A stretch of DNA of 64,000 bases from Lama glama (lineage: Eukaryota), in the NCBI GenBank assembly GCA_028534125.1, contig CM052816.1:84446001-84510000 (forward strand), given 5' to 3'. The first letter of the stretch is position 1, and each line of letters starts with the position of its first letter. Made by a program: the position numbers and the translations under genes. The notes beneath the pieces are model-generated. The model made no database searches. It was not told the origin of the DNA and saw only the letters and a program-made list of their open reading frames with translations. Shown here piece by piece: positions 40,256 through 54,230 of the stretch.

Positions 40256-40777
40256 ACTCTCCAAGTGACTCCCATGCACAACCATGGTGGGGAGCCATTG
40301 TTTCTATCCTTGTAACCTCATTCCAATCACTAAGAGCAGATTCATTCTTAACCAATGTTGAAACATTTATGAAATAATCAAGGTTTTCAAATCAATCACT
40401 ACTGAAATTTAGCCATACACGTTTAGCCTGAACATAGTTTCCACACATCACAGAGCAAAGCTGAAGGTTGAAAGAGAGTCTTATGATAGGGATAGAAGGT
40501 TGTTCTGTTTCCTTATTAGGCTTGAGCCAGACAATCTGGGCTTCTTTTCATTGCAAGGTACAAAATATTAGGAGAACCCACAATTCAACCCACTGTCATT
40601 CCTTATCTCTATTTTTAGTGGCCATGATGATGGTTATCTGGCCTGTAGTAGGTATGCAATCTGAGCCCCCCCCAAAAGAGTAAGCTCTAGCCTGCAGAGT
40701 TTGTGTCCAATTTGACCACTGTTACATTCCCAGTTCCTAGAACAGTGGCTGACATAAAACATGCTATGATGGGGAAA

Positions 40778-40808
<31 letters not shown>

Positions 40809-41029
40809 AAGAAACCTAGCAAAGGTTTAAATGGTGGCTTCACAGTGTTATAAACTAATGGTACCCCATCCCAGGATTTGTAGGAGAGTATTATAGCCAC
40901 ACATGCTGTGATAATACTCAAAACAATTCAAAATGCCTCACATTCCTGGTTTGGGATTTATATGCAATCCCCTTCTACAATCAGTTGTTGGGTCATGATC
41001 TTTCACAACACATAATTAGAGGTACAAAG

Positions 41030-42050
41030 TCTTCCAGAAAATATGAGAGAACACTACCTAATTCATTTTATGAAGCTAATATTACTGTAATATCAAAACC
41101 AAAGTATAAGAAAATACTTGCCAAAATCTGTCATAAGTATAGATGTAGAAATCCTTATCAAAATGCTAGTAAATATAGTTCAGCAACATATAAAAGGAAT
41201 TGTATACTTGACCCAGTGGGATTTATCTCAGGGAGGTGAGATTAGTTCACATTTTGAAAATAAATTAACACAATGCAGCATATTAACAGACTAATAAAGA
41301 AAAACACATGAAATATCAAAGAAGAAAAGGCACTTTACAAAATTCAGCACCCATTAATTATAAAAACTTTCAGAGAATGTATAAGAAGATTTTCCCAATT
41401 TGACAAAATAATTCTATATTAAACCTGCAACTAAATCATATTTAATGGTAAAAGACTGATTTGATTGAAAGTAAGGCAAGAATATCCACTCATTCAACAT
41501 AATGCTGAAAAGTCTAGCCAGTTCAATAAGGCAAGAAAAAGTAATAAAAGGAATATAGAGAAACAGGGAAGAAATAAAACTTCCTCTATTTGCAAATGAC
41601 ATCATTATGTAGGAAATTTCAATTAATCTTAAAAGAAGAAAAAAAAACCTTCTAAAAAATGAACTAAAGTCACATGATACAAGATAAAAATAAAATCAAT
41701 TCTATTTCAATATATTAGCAATAAACACATCAACACTGAAATTAAGGATACAGTATCATTAACAATTGTTCAAAAAATAAAAAGCTTAAGGTAAACTGAA
41801 TAAATATTTAAGACATGTACGCTGAAAATCACAAAATCCTGATTAAAAAAACAAAGGTCTAAATAAATGGAGGGACATACCATACTCACAGATAGGACAA
41901 CTTAATATAGCAATGATGTCAATTTTTCCTAAATTGATATACATATTCAACCCAATTACTTTCAAAATCTCAACAAACTTTTTGCAGGTAAACATTATTA
42001 TAACATTTTTATGTAAAGGCAAAGGAACTAGAATAGCTAAAATGAATGTT
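41030..42050 (+). mobile_element. old L1 ORF2 (RT region) fragments
   Basis: TLPNSFYEANITVISKP, and aaaacttcctctatttgcaaatgacatcatt (the LFADD region). Confidence 0.8.
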
Positions 42051-42656
42051 ATCTTAATTATCTTGTTTTTTTAAAAGAGTTAAAATTTTATAGTGTCAAA
42101 TGTTAATATTTTTCCTTGTGTATCTTACTTTGATGTCATCCTCTACAGGTTTTTTCTTCTTACTGAAGTACAGTTGATTTACAATACTGTGTTAGTTTCA
42201 GGTATACAGCAAAGTGATTCAGTTATTTTTTTCCTTCAGATTATTTTGAAAGGTTATATGTTGAAAACTATAAAACACTGAGAAAGGAAATTGAAGATGA
42301 TTCAAAGGGAGGTAAAGATAACCATGCTCTTGGGTTGGAAGAATTAATAACGTTAAAATGGCCATACTCCACAAATTTACAGATATAATGCAATTCCTAT
42401 CAAGATACCCATGACATTTTTTACAGAACTAGAACTAATGATCCTAAAATTTCTATGAGTATTTTTTACCCTTAAATATATGTTTATATACATAATACAT
42501 GTGTGTATATATAAATATATAAATAATATATTAAAATGTACATGCTATATATATGCAATATTTTATTATGATTATGATATTTAAATTCTAAATCTACATG
42601 AAATTTTTTTTGGTATTTTGTATGCTATACAGGTTTAACTCATTTTTTCTATTAAC

Positions 42657-42970
42657 CTTCTATTGAAAAATATTTTTATCCATCTATACTGGATACATTC
42701 TTAATCAAATAAAGGGTTCTTTAGATTCCATTTTTATCTTATAAAACATTATTTCAATTCTTGAAATAGAAGGCTGGTTAGAAAAGTAAGATTAAGTATT
42801 TAATAATGAATTCTTTACATATGAAATTATTTCCCATTCAAGCATTCCTTGTCTATATTTAATTCTACTAACCCAATCAAATCTTTAAAGAACAGACACA
42901 TCGTGACATCTGGATGTAATACAAAGACAATAGATCAGGTGAAAATATGTAGGATTTACAAAAAATGTGC
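42657..42970 (-). pseudogene. pseudo-exon (3' end uncertain)
   Basis: catttatag|, reads AHFL*ILHIFT*SIVFVLHPDVTMCLFFKDLIGLVELNIDKECLNGK. Confidence 0.45.
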
Positions 42971-43244
42971 CTATAAATGACTGCATTTAGAAGTCAAAAA
43001 CAAAAATCAACAGGAAAAGAGAGCTCAGTCTGTGCTCATCACCAGTTAACTATGTCACCTCTGCTAAGAGAACTCAAACAGAACTCAAAATTATATTACA
43101 AATTAATAGGAAATCATTTGAATTAATTTATCCCTCGATGGAATTATATAGAGTATATAGCATTTTACCCAGAAATTTTATGTCCATAAATGTCAGCATT
43201 TTGGTTTTGAATGTGTAAAATCATTTATACTTTAATTCACGTAC

Positions 43245-43355
43245 TTGCTTTCTGTTGAGTTAGTGGCATCAGTTGTCTGCTATTAGGAATAGAAGATACA
43301 CACTTCCGCCCACTGCATCTTGGTATCTGAGTCATCAAGGAAAAAAATGTCAATA
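43245..43355 (-). pseudogene. pseudo-exon
   Basis: ctgttccatctag| ... CAA|gtacgt, 111 nt (multiple of 3). Frame ambiguous. Confidence 0.5.
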
Positions 43356-43454
43356 CTAGATGGAACAGCAAGATCAGGTTCGGTACTGGGTTTCAGTCTC
43401 CCAAGGTCAGAGGTTTCCCCAGCAGCCAACCCAGGGCAACTGACCTGCACTCAC

Positions 43455-43870
43455 ACCTCTCTGCTGCAGCAGAAGGACCCTGTCCCTTGCTCACAGGTGA
43501 CAGACACAGCAGTGGGCTGGCCAAGTGCCATATGATGCACAGGCTTAAGTGTAACTAGGGAGCACACACTGAGTCTGCAATGAGGAAAAAGTTTCCCATA
43601 CATGGTGGTAAGTAAGGCACAAGCTGTGAGGACTCCTTCCATCTGGGTACTGAAGAGTTCCAGGCCCAAAACCCATTCTTTAGAGTGATGAGAGAAAAAT
43701 CAAAAGACTAAGATGATGAATGGCTCTTCCCAACAGTTTCATGGGGAATTTTGCCTTTTTCATAGTTTTATCTTAGCACTAAAAATAGAATATAACCCCC
43801 AAGGATGACTCCAGAGAAAAGCCATTAGAAAATGAAAGAATGATTCATTTTACAGCCATTTATAATGCAA
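43455..43870 (-). pseudogene. pseudo-exon (alternative donor at 43601)
   Basis: 95-nt intron with a long polypyrimidine tract, then ttttag| in phase 1. Reads VAL*MAVK/MNHSFIF*WLFS (ankyrin-like after a 1-nt shift). Donor |gtgagt at 43454. Confidence 0.5.
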
Positions 43871-43965
43871 CTAAAAGACCAAAAAACAAAACAGAGCAGA
43901 ATAAAACAAAGGCCTAAAACAGCAAAGAGAAGTGAATTCATTCCAATTATTTTTATATTGAATAC

Positions 43966-44029
43966 CTTCTTGTTACAAAATACTATGTAACCTGGTTTAC
44001 ACATCTTGTTTTTGCTCTTCACAAAAACC
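43966..44029 (-). pseudogene. pseudo-exon
   Basis: ctgacattcag| ... AAG|gtattc, 64 nt, phase 0-1: GFCEEQKQDV*TRLHSIL*QE. Confidence 0.6.
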
Positions 44030-45242
44030 CTGAATGTCAGAAATCAGGGATTTTTGTTAGTGCTTCATTGGAATGAAAATTGGACTTTAGATCTATTCAT
44101 ACAATGTGTCAGAAACATTTTAATCATAAATTGCCTCTCAGGCCTTTACTCATAGTTATTTGCTTTCAATTTCTAACACTTTTGTATTTGCTTTCTTAGT
44201 ATGTAGTCTTTATAAACTAATGAAGTATAATTTAAAGATGACTTCTTAAAATCAAGATCAATGCTTAGTAACAAGAACACTAGATGACAAAAATTAGAAA
44301 TTTGTGACCCAATGTGGAATGTGTAGTAAGAGAATTTCATTACTCAAAAAATTCAAACAGATGAGGATCTACTTAATATATTCACTTTAATATTTCCTAA
44401 AATCAAACTTACATTATGGTAAAATTTGTTAATAATAAATCATGATGGAAAATGGATTATGTTCAACAATGTTAGGTGATAACCAAAACTGTAATATATT
44501 TTATCTAATATATCACAGTAAAAAACATTAGCATTCATAGAACATGCTATAGTTTCATAATAATTTTACTTAAATATAGCCCACAATATCTCCAAATGCT
44601 ATTTACTTATATCAAACATCTATTTCTTACAGAAATGCAAAGCTAAATGTGTACACATCTGTATGCAGACTACAACTTGCCTATAGATTGGATTTTAATA
44701 TCTATTAGCAAAATTTATTGATTAAAACTTGAAACAGTTTCCTGAGGATGAAAATAAGAGTTCACTGTAAAGGTATAAGTATTCGTTCTTGCACAAGAAA
44801 ATAATTTAGCTTTTCTTACAAGAAATAGCTCTATACTTTCTTAAATAATGTTTAATATTGTAGTCATGCTATTTTTATTGCAAGAGTATTCTATGTAACA
44901 TTACATCTATAATTTCAAAATCACTGCCTCAGTAATTAATATAAACCATTGTATATATTATACTAACTCTAGTAACTACCACTTTATTGGGAGATTTGAA
45001 AATTTGTTTTCTTGAACAAAATTTATTATTCATTGTTATTTACTAGGAAAGAAATCTTAATAATTACAAATTGAAACAGTACTTCTTTTACCCATAGATA
45101 TGTAAATTAGCTGCAAAAAACTATTGTCTAAGGCTTAATACAAACACATAAATGTATTAATTGTTGCCTCTTTGATTAGTAGAATTTCTTGGTCATTAAT
45201 TGCATAACATTTATTTATCTTAATATCGTCATTTAGACCTAC

Positions 45243-45401
45243 ATGAATATTTATACAGACATCTGCAATCAAGGTGTAAAATACTGTCTATTTATCAGGT
45301 ATTATATAATTTTGAAACAATGAAAAATCATATCAACAGCTTAAAAGTTCATCTTTTCTCCAGTAAAACTGCACTGAAACATTGCAGTCTTAATATTTTT
45401 G
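45243..45401 (-). pseudogene. pseudo-exon
   Basis: gtgtccctag| ... CAT|gtaggt, 159 nt, phase 0-0: QKY*DCNVSVQFYWRKDELLSC*YDFSLFQNYIIPDK*TVFYTLIADVCINIH. Confidence 0.6.
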
Positions 45402-45795
45402 CTAGGGACACAATAGTTAATTGAAATTACAATGAGTTACTCTGATGAGTATAGATTAGAAATAAATAGATAAGCAGCCTAAATAAATGAGTAGAGTTTT
45501 GCTGCTTTGTAATGGACTAATATGCACCAATGAACACAATTAGCATCTTAAATATGTTGCAGGATAACCTTAAAATAGAATGAAATTCATCTTTCTTGAG
45601 TGTGTTTTTCTTTGGATGGATTAGCTTTTTCACCCTCTCATTGGAAGCAGATGTTAATTTCACCTCTCCTGTTTGTTTTCTGTTCTTATTACCCACTGAC
45701 CATTTCCACTAGCCCACCATCCAAGGCTAGTATGCATTTTTTAACTACACCACAAAGTCTACACAGTTGATAATCATCTAGAGAAATAAATATAC

Positions 45796-45915
45796 TTCCC
45801 TCCAGATATCATTTAACAATTGTTGGAGCAAGGATAAGATATGACCCTGGAGACTGTAATCTTGCTCATCATCTGCTTTTCCTTCGAATAGTGGAGGAGA
45901 TAATCACAAAACAGA
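45796..45915 (-). pseudogene. pseudo-exon
   Basis: tttttttttcaacag| ... GAA|gtatat, 120 nt: SVL*LSPPLFEGKADDEQDYSLQGHILSLLQQLLNDIWRE (one stop). Confidence 0.7.
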
Positions 45916-46909
45916 CTGTTGAAAAAAAAATCCCTATATTCTTGGAATAACCAGCCATTTTCACATATGTATTAAATAAGAATGGACTAACATAAATTCT
46001 TAGATATAAATTATGTTGATCATTCATTCATTTAGCAAACACTTGGTGACTATACCACTAACAAAGATTCCAGTTGTGCAATGAAAAATAAGGCATGGTC
46101 CATATGAGTGAAAAATTTGTGTGCATTTACACAGTATTAATACATTCACCTGAAATTCTACACTACATCTCCTCCAAGAATTCTATCCCTCTATAGGCCC
46201 TAGTTCAAACCTCTGATTCAATTTTTATTTTTTCTTCATATTTTTAATAAAATGTTTTTTTCACAGAAAAACTTAGACATTCCTCTTACACAATTAATAT
46301 GCCATGCACACAGTATACCTTCTCTCTATTTCTGTTAAGTAAAGAATATTTCAAAGATAGTAAAAAGCATTACTTTGTTTATTGCTATTCATCATACTTT
46401 CTTGAGATTAGTTTTGTAAATCAATATATCTACACCAGAAAAATGTATCTTTTTTTATTGTAACTCAATACAGTGAACAAATATATGTTGTTTAAATGCT
46501 GATATCATTCCTCAATGCATCTGCCCACTCTGAAATATTAGTATTTTATGAGTACATTAAGAAAAGAGTTAATATAAAGCAAAATCAAGAGGAAATATAG
46601 ATTTTTTTAAGTTTAGGTTTATTAAATAGCCTTGGGATAATATGAGATCCAATAATACAATATTTATGAATTAAAGTATAATGAAAATTCATTCTTATTA
46701 AATTTTAAAATTGTGGTTATATATATATTTTTCAGTGTAAGTGTTTGGAAGATAGTAAAACAAAGACAATGTCTGCATGGAAAAGTCAGAATCACTTATA
46801 CATGAGGCAGTCAATCACTCTTAAAGGAAAAAATATATGCATTTTTAGTTTTTAAAAAGCAAACATTCACAATACATTTGTTTTTGTCTTTAAAAACAAG
46901 AGGACTCAC

Positions 46910-47427
46910 CCAGACATTTCATAACACTGAAAAACATTATACCCCTCAAAATGATATATAATACACACACACACACACACATACCTTTTGGCTGACAATA
47001 TTTGAAACTTTTTTAGAAGATCAAATAAAATGGAAATACATACACATATACATTTGGCTTATATTCAGATTTCTATGAATATTTGTTAACTTTATAGACA
47101 AGATTTTTAAGTTTGCAAATGACTTTAAAAATTAACAGATGAACACCTTCATGCAGCTGCTTTTTGATGATTTCACAAGGACAAATTTTAGTCATTTGAA
47201 ATTTATCAGAAGCATTTTCTTGAAGGTACATCAATAATGCAGTGAAGCACTGAATTCATTTAAAATGGACCAATCATAAAATCATACCATGATGAAATAT
47301 ATGTCACAAAATGGCACAGCCATGATTATTTTAAGCCAAACACAGTCATCAAGACTCACTAATGGTGCTTAATTTTAGAAATAAAAATCGCATTTGAATC
47401 TAAATATCCTTATTTATACCAATAAAT
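46910..47427 (-). pseudogene. one or two pseudo-exons
   Basis: Long frame CFTALLMYLQENASDKFQMTKICPCEIIKKQLHEGVHLLIFKVICKLKNLVYKVNKYS*... Strong donors |gtgagt at 46909 and near 47359, acceptor tattcag| near 47428. Confidence 0.5.
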
Positions 47428-47529
47428 CTGAATATAATGATAAAATGCAAAATAATAAATAATTAAATATTTTAAAGTCAAATAAAAAGCTAAGAAAAAG
47501 AAGTTGGAGAATATTAAAAAGAATAAGGC

Positions 47530-50500
47530 AAAGGGATTTTCCTTCAAGATGGCAACAATTACGATGAAACTATGATGTGATGTTGGTAAAATATAAGAAA
47601 AAGAGACAAAGGAAAATGGGAAAAAAAAGACTACGTCATTTTAACCTATAAATCTGCTATTCACTAGAGAAGCCTTACAAATCCATGGGGAAATTCATTC
47701 AGTAAATGTTATCAGAACGTTGGCTGTCCATAGGGAGAAAAAAGTAGTTTGATCCAATCATATCACATGAAACAAAATTCCCAGGTATGTTAATGACAAA
47801 TGTTTAAACAAAAATTTCCAAGTGGGAATTTGACACAACACTGTAAAATGATTATAAGTCAATAAAAAATGTTAAAAAAAATTTCCAAGAGGTATATGGA
47901 AAATAGGGTACTATCTTAATGATATTGAGTAGAATAGAAATTGTTTTAAAAAATGAAAGCACAAGGATTAAAATAAAATATTGAGATACTTGGTTATATT
48001 TTAAATATTTTTCCCAAACAACAAAGGATAAAATAAGTAACATTAAAATATAAGCCATAAAATGAGGTGAGAGGTTTCAAAACATATAACTAACCAAAGA
48101 TTATTATCCAAAAACATACAGGATATCTGCAAAGCAATAATTTTAAAAACCCAATTAAAATTATACCAAGGATATAATAAAACACAAAGGTGAAGAATTC
48201 TGAATTGTCAATAACTATATGCAAGAGTGAATCTTACACATAATCCAGACAACAGATAATGAAATGAGACATCATTTCACTCAAATTAGATTGATAAATT
48301 TAAAAATGTCTGACAATTACAAGAATTTCACTAATGTAAAATCAAGGTAACATTTATGCACTTAGTGGCAAAACTAAAAAAGTCTGAATTACAACAACCA
48401 CTTGGAAGATGAACTGTTAATAAAGCTGAATAGTGTATACTCAGAAATTCTATTTCTAATTACACACACACAGAAACACACACACACTTTCAAAGGAAAC
48501 AGCAAAGAGGAGATTTCACCCAAATCATTTTCTTATGCGTGTAATCTTGATACCAGAACATAAGAAAAACAAAATAGGAATAGACAGTTCAAGTTCTTCA
48601 TGAAGAACATGGAAAAACCTTAATCTTAGAAAAACAGCATCAGCAAAGTATAAAACGGGTAACAGAATGACCATGTGAGTTACTCCGAGAATGCAAAGCT
48701 ACTTGAACTTTAGAAAAATTCATGAATGTAATACATCATATAAAGAGAATAAACAAGAAAAACATATGTTCACTAGATATTTTTAAAAAGAACACGCAAA
48801 TTTGCTGGCTATAAAATCAAACATTAAAATTTCCATTTTTATATACAATGAAACAAATTTTTAAATTAACTTAAAAAAGATACTATTTTATAAGAGTACC
48901 CACAATAGGAAGCACATATGAATAAATAAACAACAATAAAAAAGTAAACAAGATCTCTATGAGACATAAAAACCTCCCAAACAAAGGAAAAGATCTTCCA
49001 AGTTCTCAGCCAAAGACACTTAATATTGGAAAGATATCAGCCCTCTGCCCACTGAACTATAGATTCTATGAAATTCAAATCAAAATTGAAACATGGTTTT
49101 TTTATGGACTTTGGTGTGAGAGGTCTCAGAAATGTATATGAACGTGCAAAGGGCCAGGACACACAGTCCTTATGTATAAAAATTACTAAGTGAAAGAATT
49201 TGCCCTACGTAATATGAAGTCTCACTTAAAAACTACAGTAAGAGAGTATGTTTTTGGCATTCTGATAGACACATAGATCAATTTAACATAGAGATCTCAG
49301 AAGCGAATACACAAATATATGAAACCTTTGATATATTACATAGATGGTTTTGCAAATGGGAAAAACTGCTTTTAAACAAATTTGAGTTTTAGAACAGTTT
49401 TAGTTTTACAGAAAAAATATGAATATAGTAGAGTTCCATTACAATCCATACCCAATTTCCTTTATTATTAACATTTCATATTAGAAAGATACATTTGCTG
49501 CAAGGAATAAATTGATATTTAGACATTACTTTTATCCAACATCCATATTTTATTTTGATTTCTATCTTGCTAAACCAACTTCCTTTTTCTAGTACAGGAT
49601 CCCCCCTCTGAGATGCTACATGACTTTAAGTTGTCATGTCTTCTTACGCTTCTTATGGTTTCGAGAATTTCTTAAACTTTCCTTGTTTTAACAACCTTGA
49701 CAATTTTGAGAAGTAATGATCATGTATTTGCAGAAGGTCCCTCAAATGATGTTTGTTACTTTTCTCTCATGGTTTTTGGTTTTAGGTAAGAGGGTCACAG
49801 ATGTAAAGTGAATTTTTATCACAGCATATCAAGGGTACATGCTATCAACACAGCATCACTATTTTAATACTGACCTCTTGAACTTGATCACCTGAATGAA
49901 GTAGGATTTGTCAGGTTTCTCCATTCTAGAGGTAATATTTTGTCCTTTCCATACTGTAGTCTTTGGGAGAAATTCAATAAGAACAGCTGACACTTATGTA
50001 GAGTTAAACTCTACTTCTTTGAGGATCAAATATCTACATAAATTATTTGGAATTCTTCTGCATGTAGTTTTTCAATCATTTGTTTATATCAGAATGGACT
50101 AAGGAATATATATTTTATACTTTGGGTTAAATCCAATTATATTTATGTGGTTTTTCTGGGTTTGTATTTTTTGGTTTTTTCTTTTTGTTTTGTTTTTTGC
50201 TCAAATTGTTCCAGCTCTGGCCATTGGAAGATCTTTCCTTTGGTTCCTGCGTCACTTTGGCATACCTCATCGTAGTATTTTTATTAATAAATTTTTACTC
50301 TCTAGTACTACAAGTTACTGCAGGATTATCTTGCATATTTCCTGCCCTGATCTCAGAATCAGCCATTTCTCCAAGGAGCCCTTGATCTTTTTTTTTTCCC
50401 CTTCAGAATGGTTTGTCAGCATTTTTGTAAAGTTCAAAATTGGGAAAATCTCTAAGATTTATTAATATTGGAAAGAGTCAATATATTGTGGAGTATTCAT

Positions 50501-50640
50501 ACAATGGGAAATTATACCATAATGAATAAGAACAATCTGTAGCCTCAAGCATCATATGGTATAAATCTCACAAAAACACTGAGCTTAGGTTTCAAATCAA
50601 AGTAGAATGGATATAGTATGATTCAATTGATAATAAGTAC
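47530..50640. mobile_element. nested old L1 (L1M-type) fragments in both orientations
   Basis: Diverged ORF2 and 3'UTR motifs. Antisense 3' piece at about 49370-50390 (agaatcagccatttctccaaggagccct). Confidence 0.65.
47823..47876 (+). mobile_element. 54-bp extremely truncated young L1 3' end
   Basis: ggaatttgacacaacactgtaaaatgattataagtcaataaaaaatgtt matches 20128-20180. TSD aaaaatttccaag at 47810-47822 and 47877-47889. Confidence 0.9.
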
Positions 50641-50664
50641 ACACATTTCATTATATGTGATCAT

Positions 50665-51178
50665 TCCATTAGACTTCTATTGCTATTGTAAAAAATTACC
50701 ACAAACTTTGCTTCTTAATACAAATTTATCTGACAGTTCTGAAGGTCAGAGTTCTAAATGGGTCTCAATGGACTAAAATTAAAATGTCAGCAGATCTGCA
50801 TTCCTTCTGGAGGCTCTAGAGAAAAATCCCTTTCCTTGACACTTCCATTTTCTTAAGGTCCCCCACATTCCTTAGCTCAAGGACCCCTCTCTCCCATCTG
50901 CCCTAATGCTGTTACACCAGGCTGCATCCTTCTTCTGCCTCCATCTCTTTCATTCTCCCTCTCCTGCCTCCATCTTCCACATTTATGGCCCTTATGATTC
51001 CAGGGGTCTCGCCTTGATAACCCAGGATACAATCCTGACTGTAAGGTTAGTTGATTAGCAAACTTAATTCCATCTGCAACCTTGTTTCTCCTCTGCAATA
51101 TAATATAACATGTCCACGGGTCCCAGAGATTAGGATGTGGACATCTTGAGGGTAGGGGGAGCATTATTCTGCCTATTA
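50665..51178 (-). mobile_element. MLT1 LTR
   Basis: gacagttctgaaggtcagagttctaaatgggtctcaatggactaaaatt...gcattattctgcctatta. Confidence 0.8.
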
Positions 51179-51899
51179 GACTTACGATTCAAAAATTAAC
51201 CACAGTTTTCGAATGCATGTATCACCAATAAAACAGTGAAGAAAATTAAGGCAATTCTCACTGAAGTTGGGAGAGTGATTCCTTCCAAGGAGGAGGTAAG
51301 GAGATACAGAGAGGAGCAAAATGGTGCAAGCCTCTTATCTGACAATGACTGATTTCTTAAACAGAAGTTTCAAGTGGATTCACGTTATCACTGTTCTTTA
51401 TTCTGCATCATTGGGTACAGTGTTGAGGTATGATGTGTTCTACAATTTACAGTGATTTGGATTCTTTTCCCTTATAATTTTAAAGGTCATTAAGTATTTT
51501 TCAAAACTTATTTAAGATGACTCCAAATGAGAAAACATGCACACACAAAGAAGTTACATGATATTTTTATGTATACAAAGGTACACAGTTCAATTAAAAC
51601 AAAATGAAAATCTTTGGAGCTAAACTATTGAATTAATTCCATTTTGTCATCCTGCTTTGACCTGGTCCAGGGCACAGAAGCCTGGTTTGCATCAACTTGG
51701 TTCCTTTGCCATCAGGTTTCAGGGAAGGTTTAGTGAATGGAAGGTACTGACAGGAGATTGGGGATTCAGCAGCTGGAGAGAGAAAAGCTCATTTATAAAA
51801 TTTCATTTATAAAATAGTTATAATTCATCTTGTTACATGTGAAAATCTCAGTGAGTATCTGATTAAATATAAAGAATCATTTTTGTTATTGTTATTGCC

Positions 51900-52095
51900 A
51901 TTTCTCCTCTCTCCTCCTACTACTCTTTTTTCCTCTTTAATTTTTTTCTTCTTTTTCCTTCTTTTCTTTCTCCTCCTCCTCCCCATTCCCTTCCCTGTCC
52001 CTCTCCTCCTCTTTCTCCTTCTGCTTCCCCTTCTTCTTTGTCTTTAGTTTGTTTCCTTCTTTTTTCTAGTGTTGTCTCCTTATTATTTTCTCCCT
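51900..52095. repeat. pyrimidine-rich low-complexity tract
   Basis: Visible in sequence. Confidence 0.85.
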
Positions 52096-52138
52096 AGAAA
52101 GACCAGAGGACAACACAGTTAGGTAAAAATAATCTCAC

Positions 52139-52257
52139 CACTGCTTATACCAAAATATTATACAAAGCAGTGATTCTTAGAAGCCACTATGATAACAAAT
52201 ATTTTCCGCTGATACCTCCTCTGCATCCTTTGCTTTAGTAACGTCAAAGATAATTAT
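52139..52257 (-). pseudogene. pseudo-exon
   Basis: Long T-rich tract then ttag|, donor TG|gtgaga, 119 nt. Reads IIFDVTKAKDAEEVSAENICYHSGF*ESLLCIIFWYKQ (frame ambiguous). Confidence 0.45.
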
Positions 52258-53809
52258 CTAATGTATAAAATAAAATAATAGAAAAAAGCAGCCATAGCTT
52301 GAGGTTGAAGAGTTAATGGTTTTCTGTTTCATTATAGCATAAGCAAAAAAATTTACTACCAGCATGTGAAATTTTAGGCACAGTGTTATGAAATTGTAAA
52401 GGAAGAGAGGAATCAAAAGAGCATCAGATGTGATAGAGCATCCCATATGATCTTGAATCTGAACTGAGCTATTAACTATTTTCTCTTTTCTCCTAATTAT
52501 TATTTTAAAAATTACCTTTTATCCTAATTATCTGTCAGAATTGAAGGGAAAACAGTAAGAGAAGCTAAGTTTATAGACTGCATGCTATATTACTAGATTC
52601 TGACAAAAATATTTTGACTTTCTCACACAGCTAAATTACAGAAGTCTAGAAACAGATTTCTAAATGAACAAGTGTGTGTGTCCATATAACAATTATTATT
52701 GCACTATTTCCATGAAAGATGGTACATACGGGAAGCTTTACATATAGAGATAAAGTGTGCTGTCTCTGAAGTCAAAACTGCCTGAATTCAAAAATTGAAT
52801 ATCTAGAGACCATGTGATCATTTACAGGTAACCTAACCTCTATCATCTTAGGTCAGTCATCCATAAATTTGAAATAATGGTGACTTCAAATATTACATAA
52901 ACCTTAAATTATTTACATAGACAATCTTTCAAAAATACCTAGAAGAGATTATCATTTATACATATTAGTACTTTATGGCAAAAACATCATCTATGAAATT
53001 TCAACATATATAATGCATACCTATAATTATATATCTTAACATCAAATAAATGTGTTTGTATTTCATTTACTCATTTGTTCCTTAGCTTTTCTAAAAATAA
53101 TAGGGGTCTGATAATAAAGGATACAAGAAACATTTAAAATAATGATAAAAGTCTATGGTTCTTTAGTCTATTTACTGCTAAAATTATTGAAATAATTGGA
53201 GATAATGGATTGCTAATGGTCATAATCACATGATCACGATCATAGAAACCAACCAGAACTTAATTTTTCAATGGAGCTTATAAAGTTTCTTCTACTGATT
53301 TTAATATATTTTCCCTCTTTTGATTCTACTGTACACCAGTCTTAGTGTGTCCGTTTTATATTTGCACTGACATAGCCAATAGGTGTTTGGATATAAGGAA
53401 TGGCATTTCAAGAGAGAGGCTGACTAGAGAAATTTTTTAACTTCTGTCCTTAAATCTCCACTCTTTTCTTTCTATAATCTTTCTGTTGAAGGCCTCATTG
53501 ACTGCTGTCATTGTCACTTTCCCAGTTATGAGGATGCCCCAGTTCTGCATCTGGCACTCTGACTTCTCTAATTAGATTCTGCATTTTCAACAGTTGCTGG
53601 TTATTTCTATATGTGAAAGCCTTCCATTCACAACATTTTCTGGAAAAGGAGAACAAAATAATAGACATACATCATGGATATTTTATAGATAAAATAAACT
53701 GGATCTCTTAGAATTTATGTGATATACTCTAAATCACAGATTTAGTAAGTAGAAAAGCAGAGGCTAAAATAGATCACTGAAGTTTGAATCTATTGCCCTT
53801 TCTCCATGG

Positions 53810-54230
53810 TACTCTTAAATGGAACTGAATTCCAGCGCACAACAATGTTACAATAATTCAGTTTCATTGCATCACTGTACTTAGATCATCCAGCATAATC
53901 TGTGGTCTGCTCCAAGTTAATCTATTTCATTTGCTTTATCCAGCATTGCATATATACAGAAAAGGCCCCTTACACTAAGTTATCTGAATGAACTGCTCAA
54001 CATTATGCTTTGATGATAGGATTATTGCTTTGTGTCTCTTCGGGGTATTGCAGATTCAAAAATATATAGCTCATTAACATGAAACAGCTCTCTGAGGAGA
54101 TGTGTTATGTGGAATCCAATGTTTACAAACATTTATAGCCTTATTCATCTAAAAGTTGTCCATTAGTTGGCAGTAAATCAGCGTGATTTGCATTGAAATG
54201 CGCTGTTTACTTCTAGTAGCCATGCAGTTG
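53810..54230 (-). pseudogene. candidate pseudo-exon(s), boundaries unresolved
   Basis: Unique sequence with coding-like fragments (HLLRELFHVNELYIFESAIPRR; NANHADLLPTNGQLLDE). There is a donor-like |gtaagg near 53973. The acceptor is not canonical. Confidence 0.35.
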
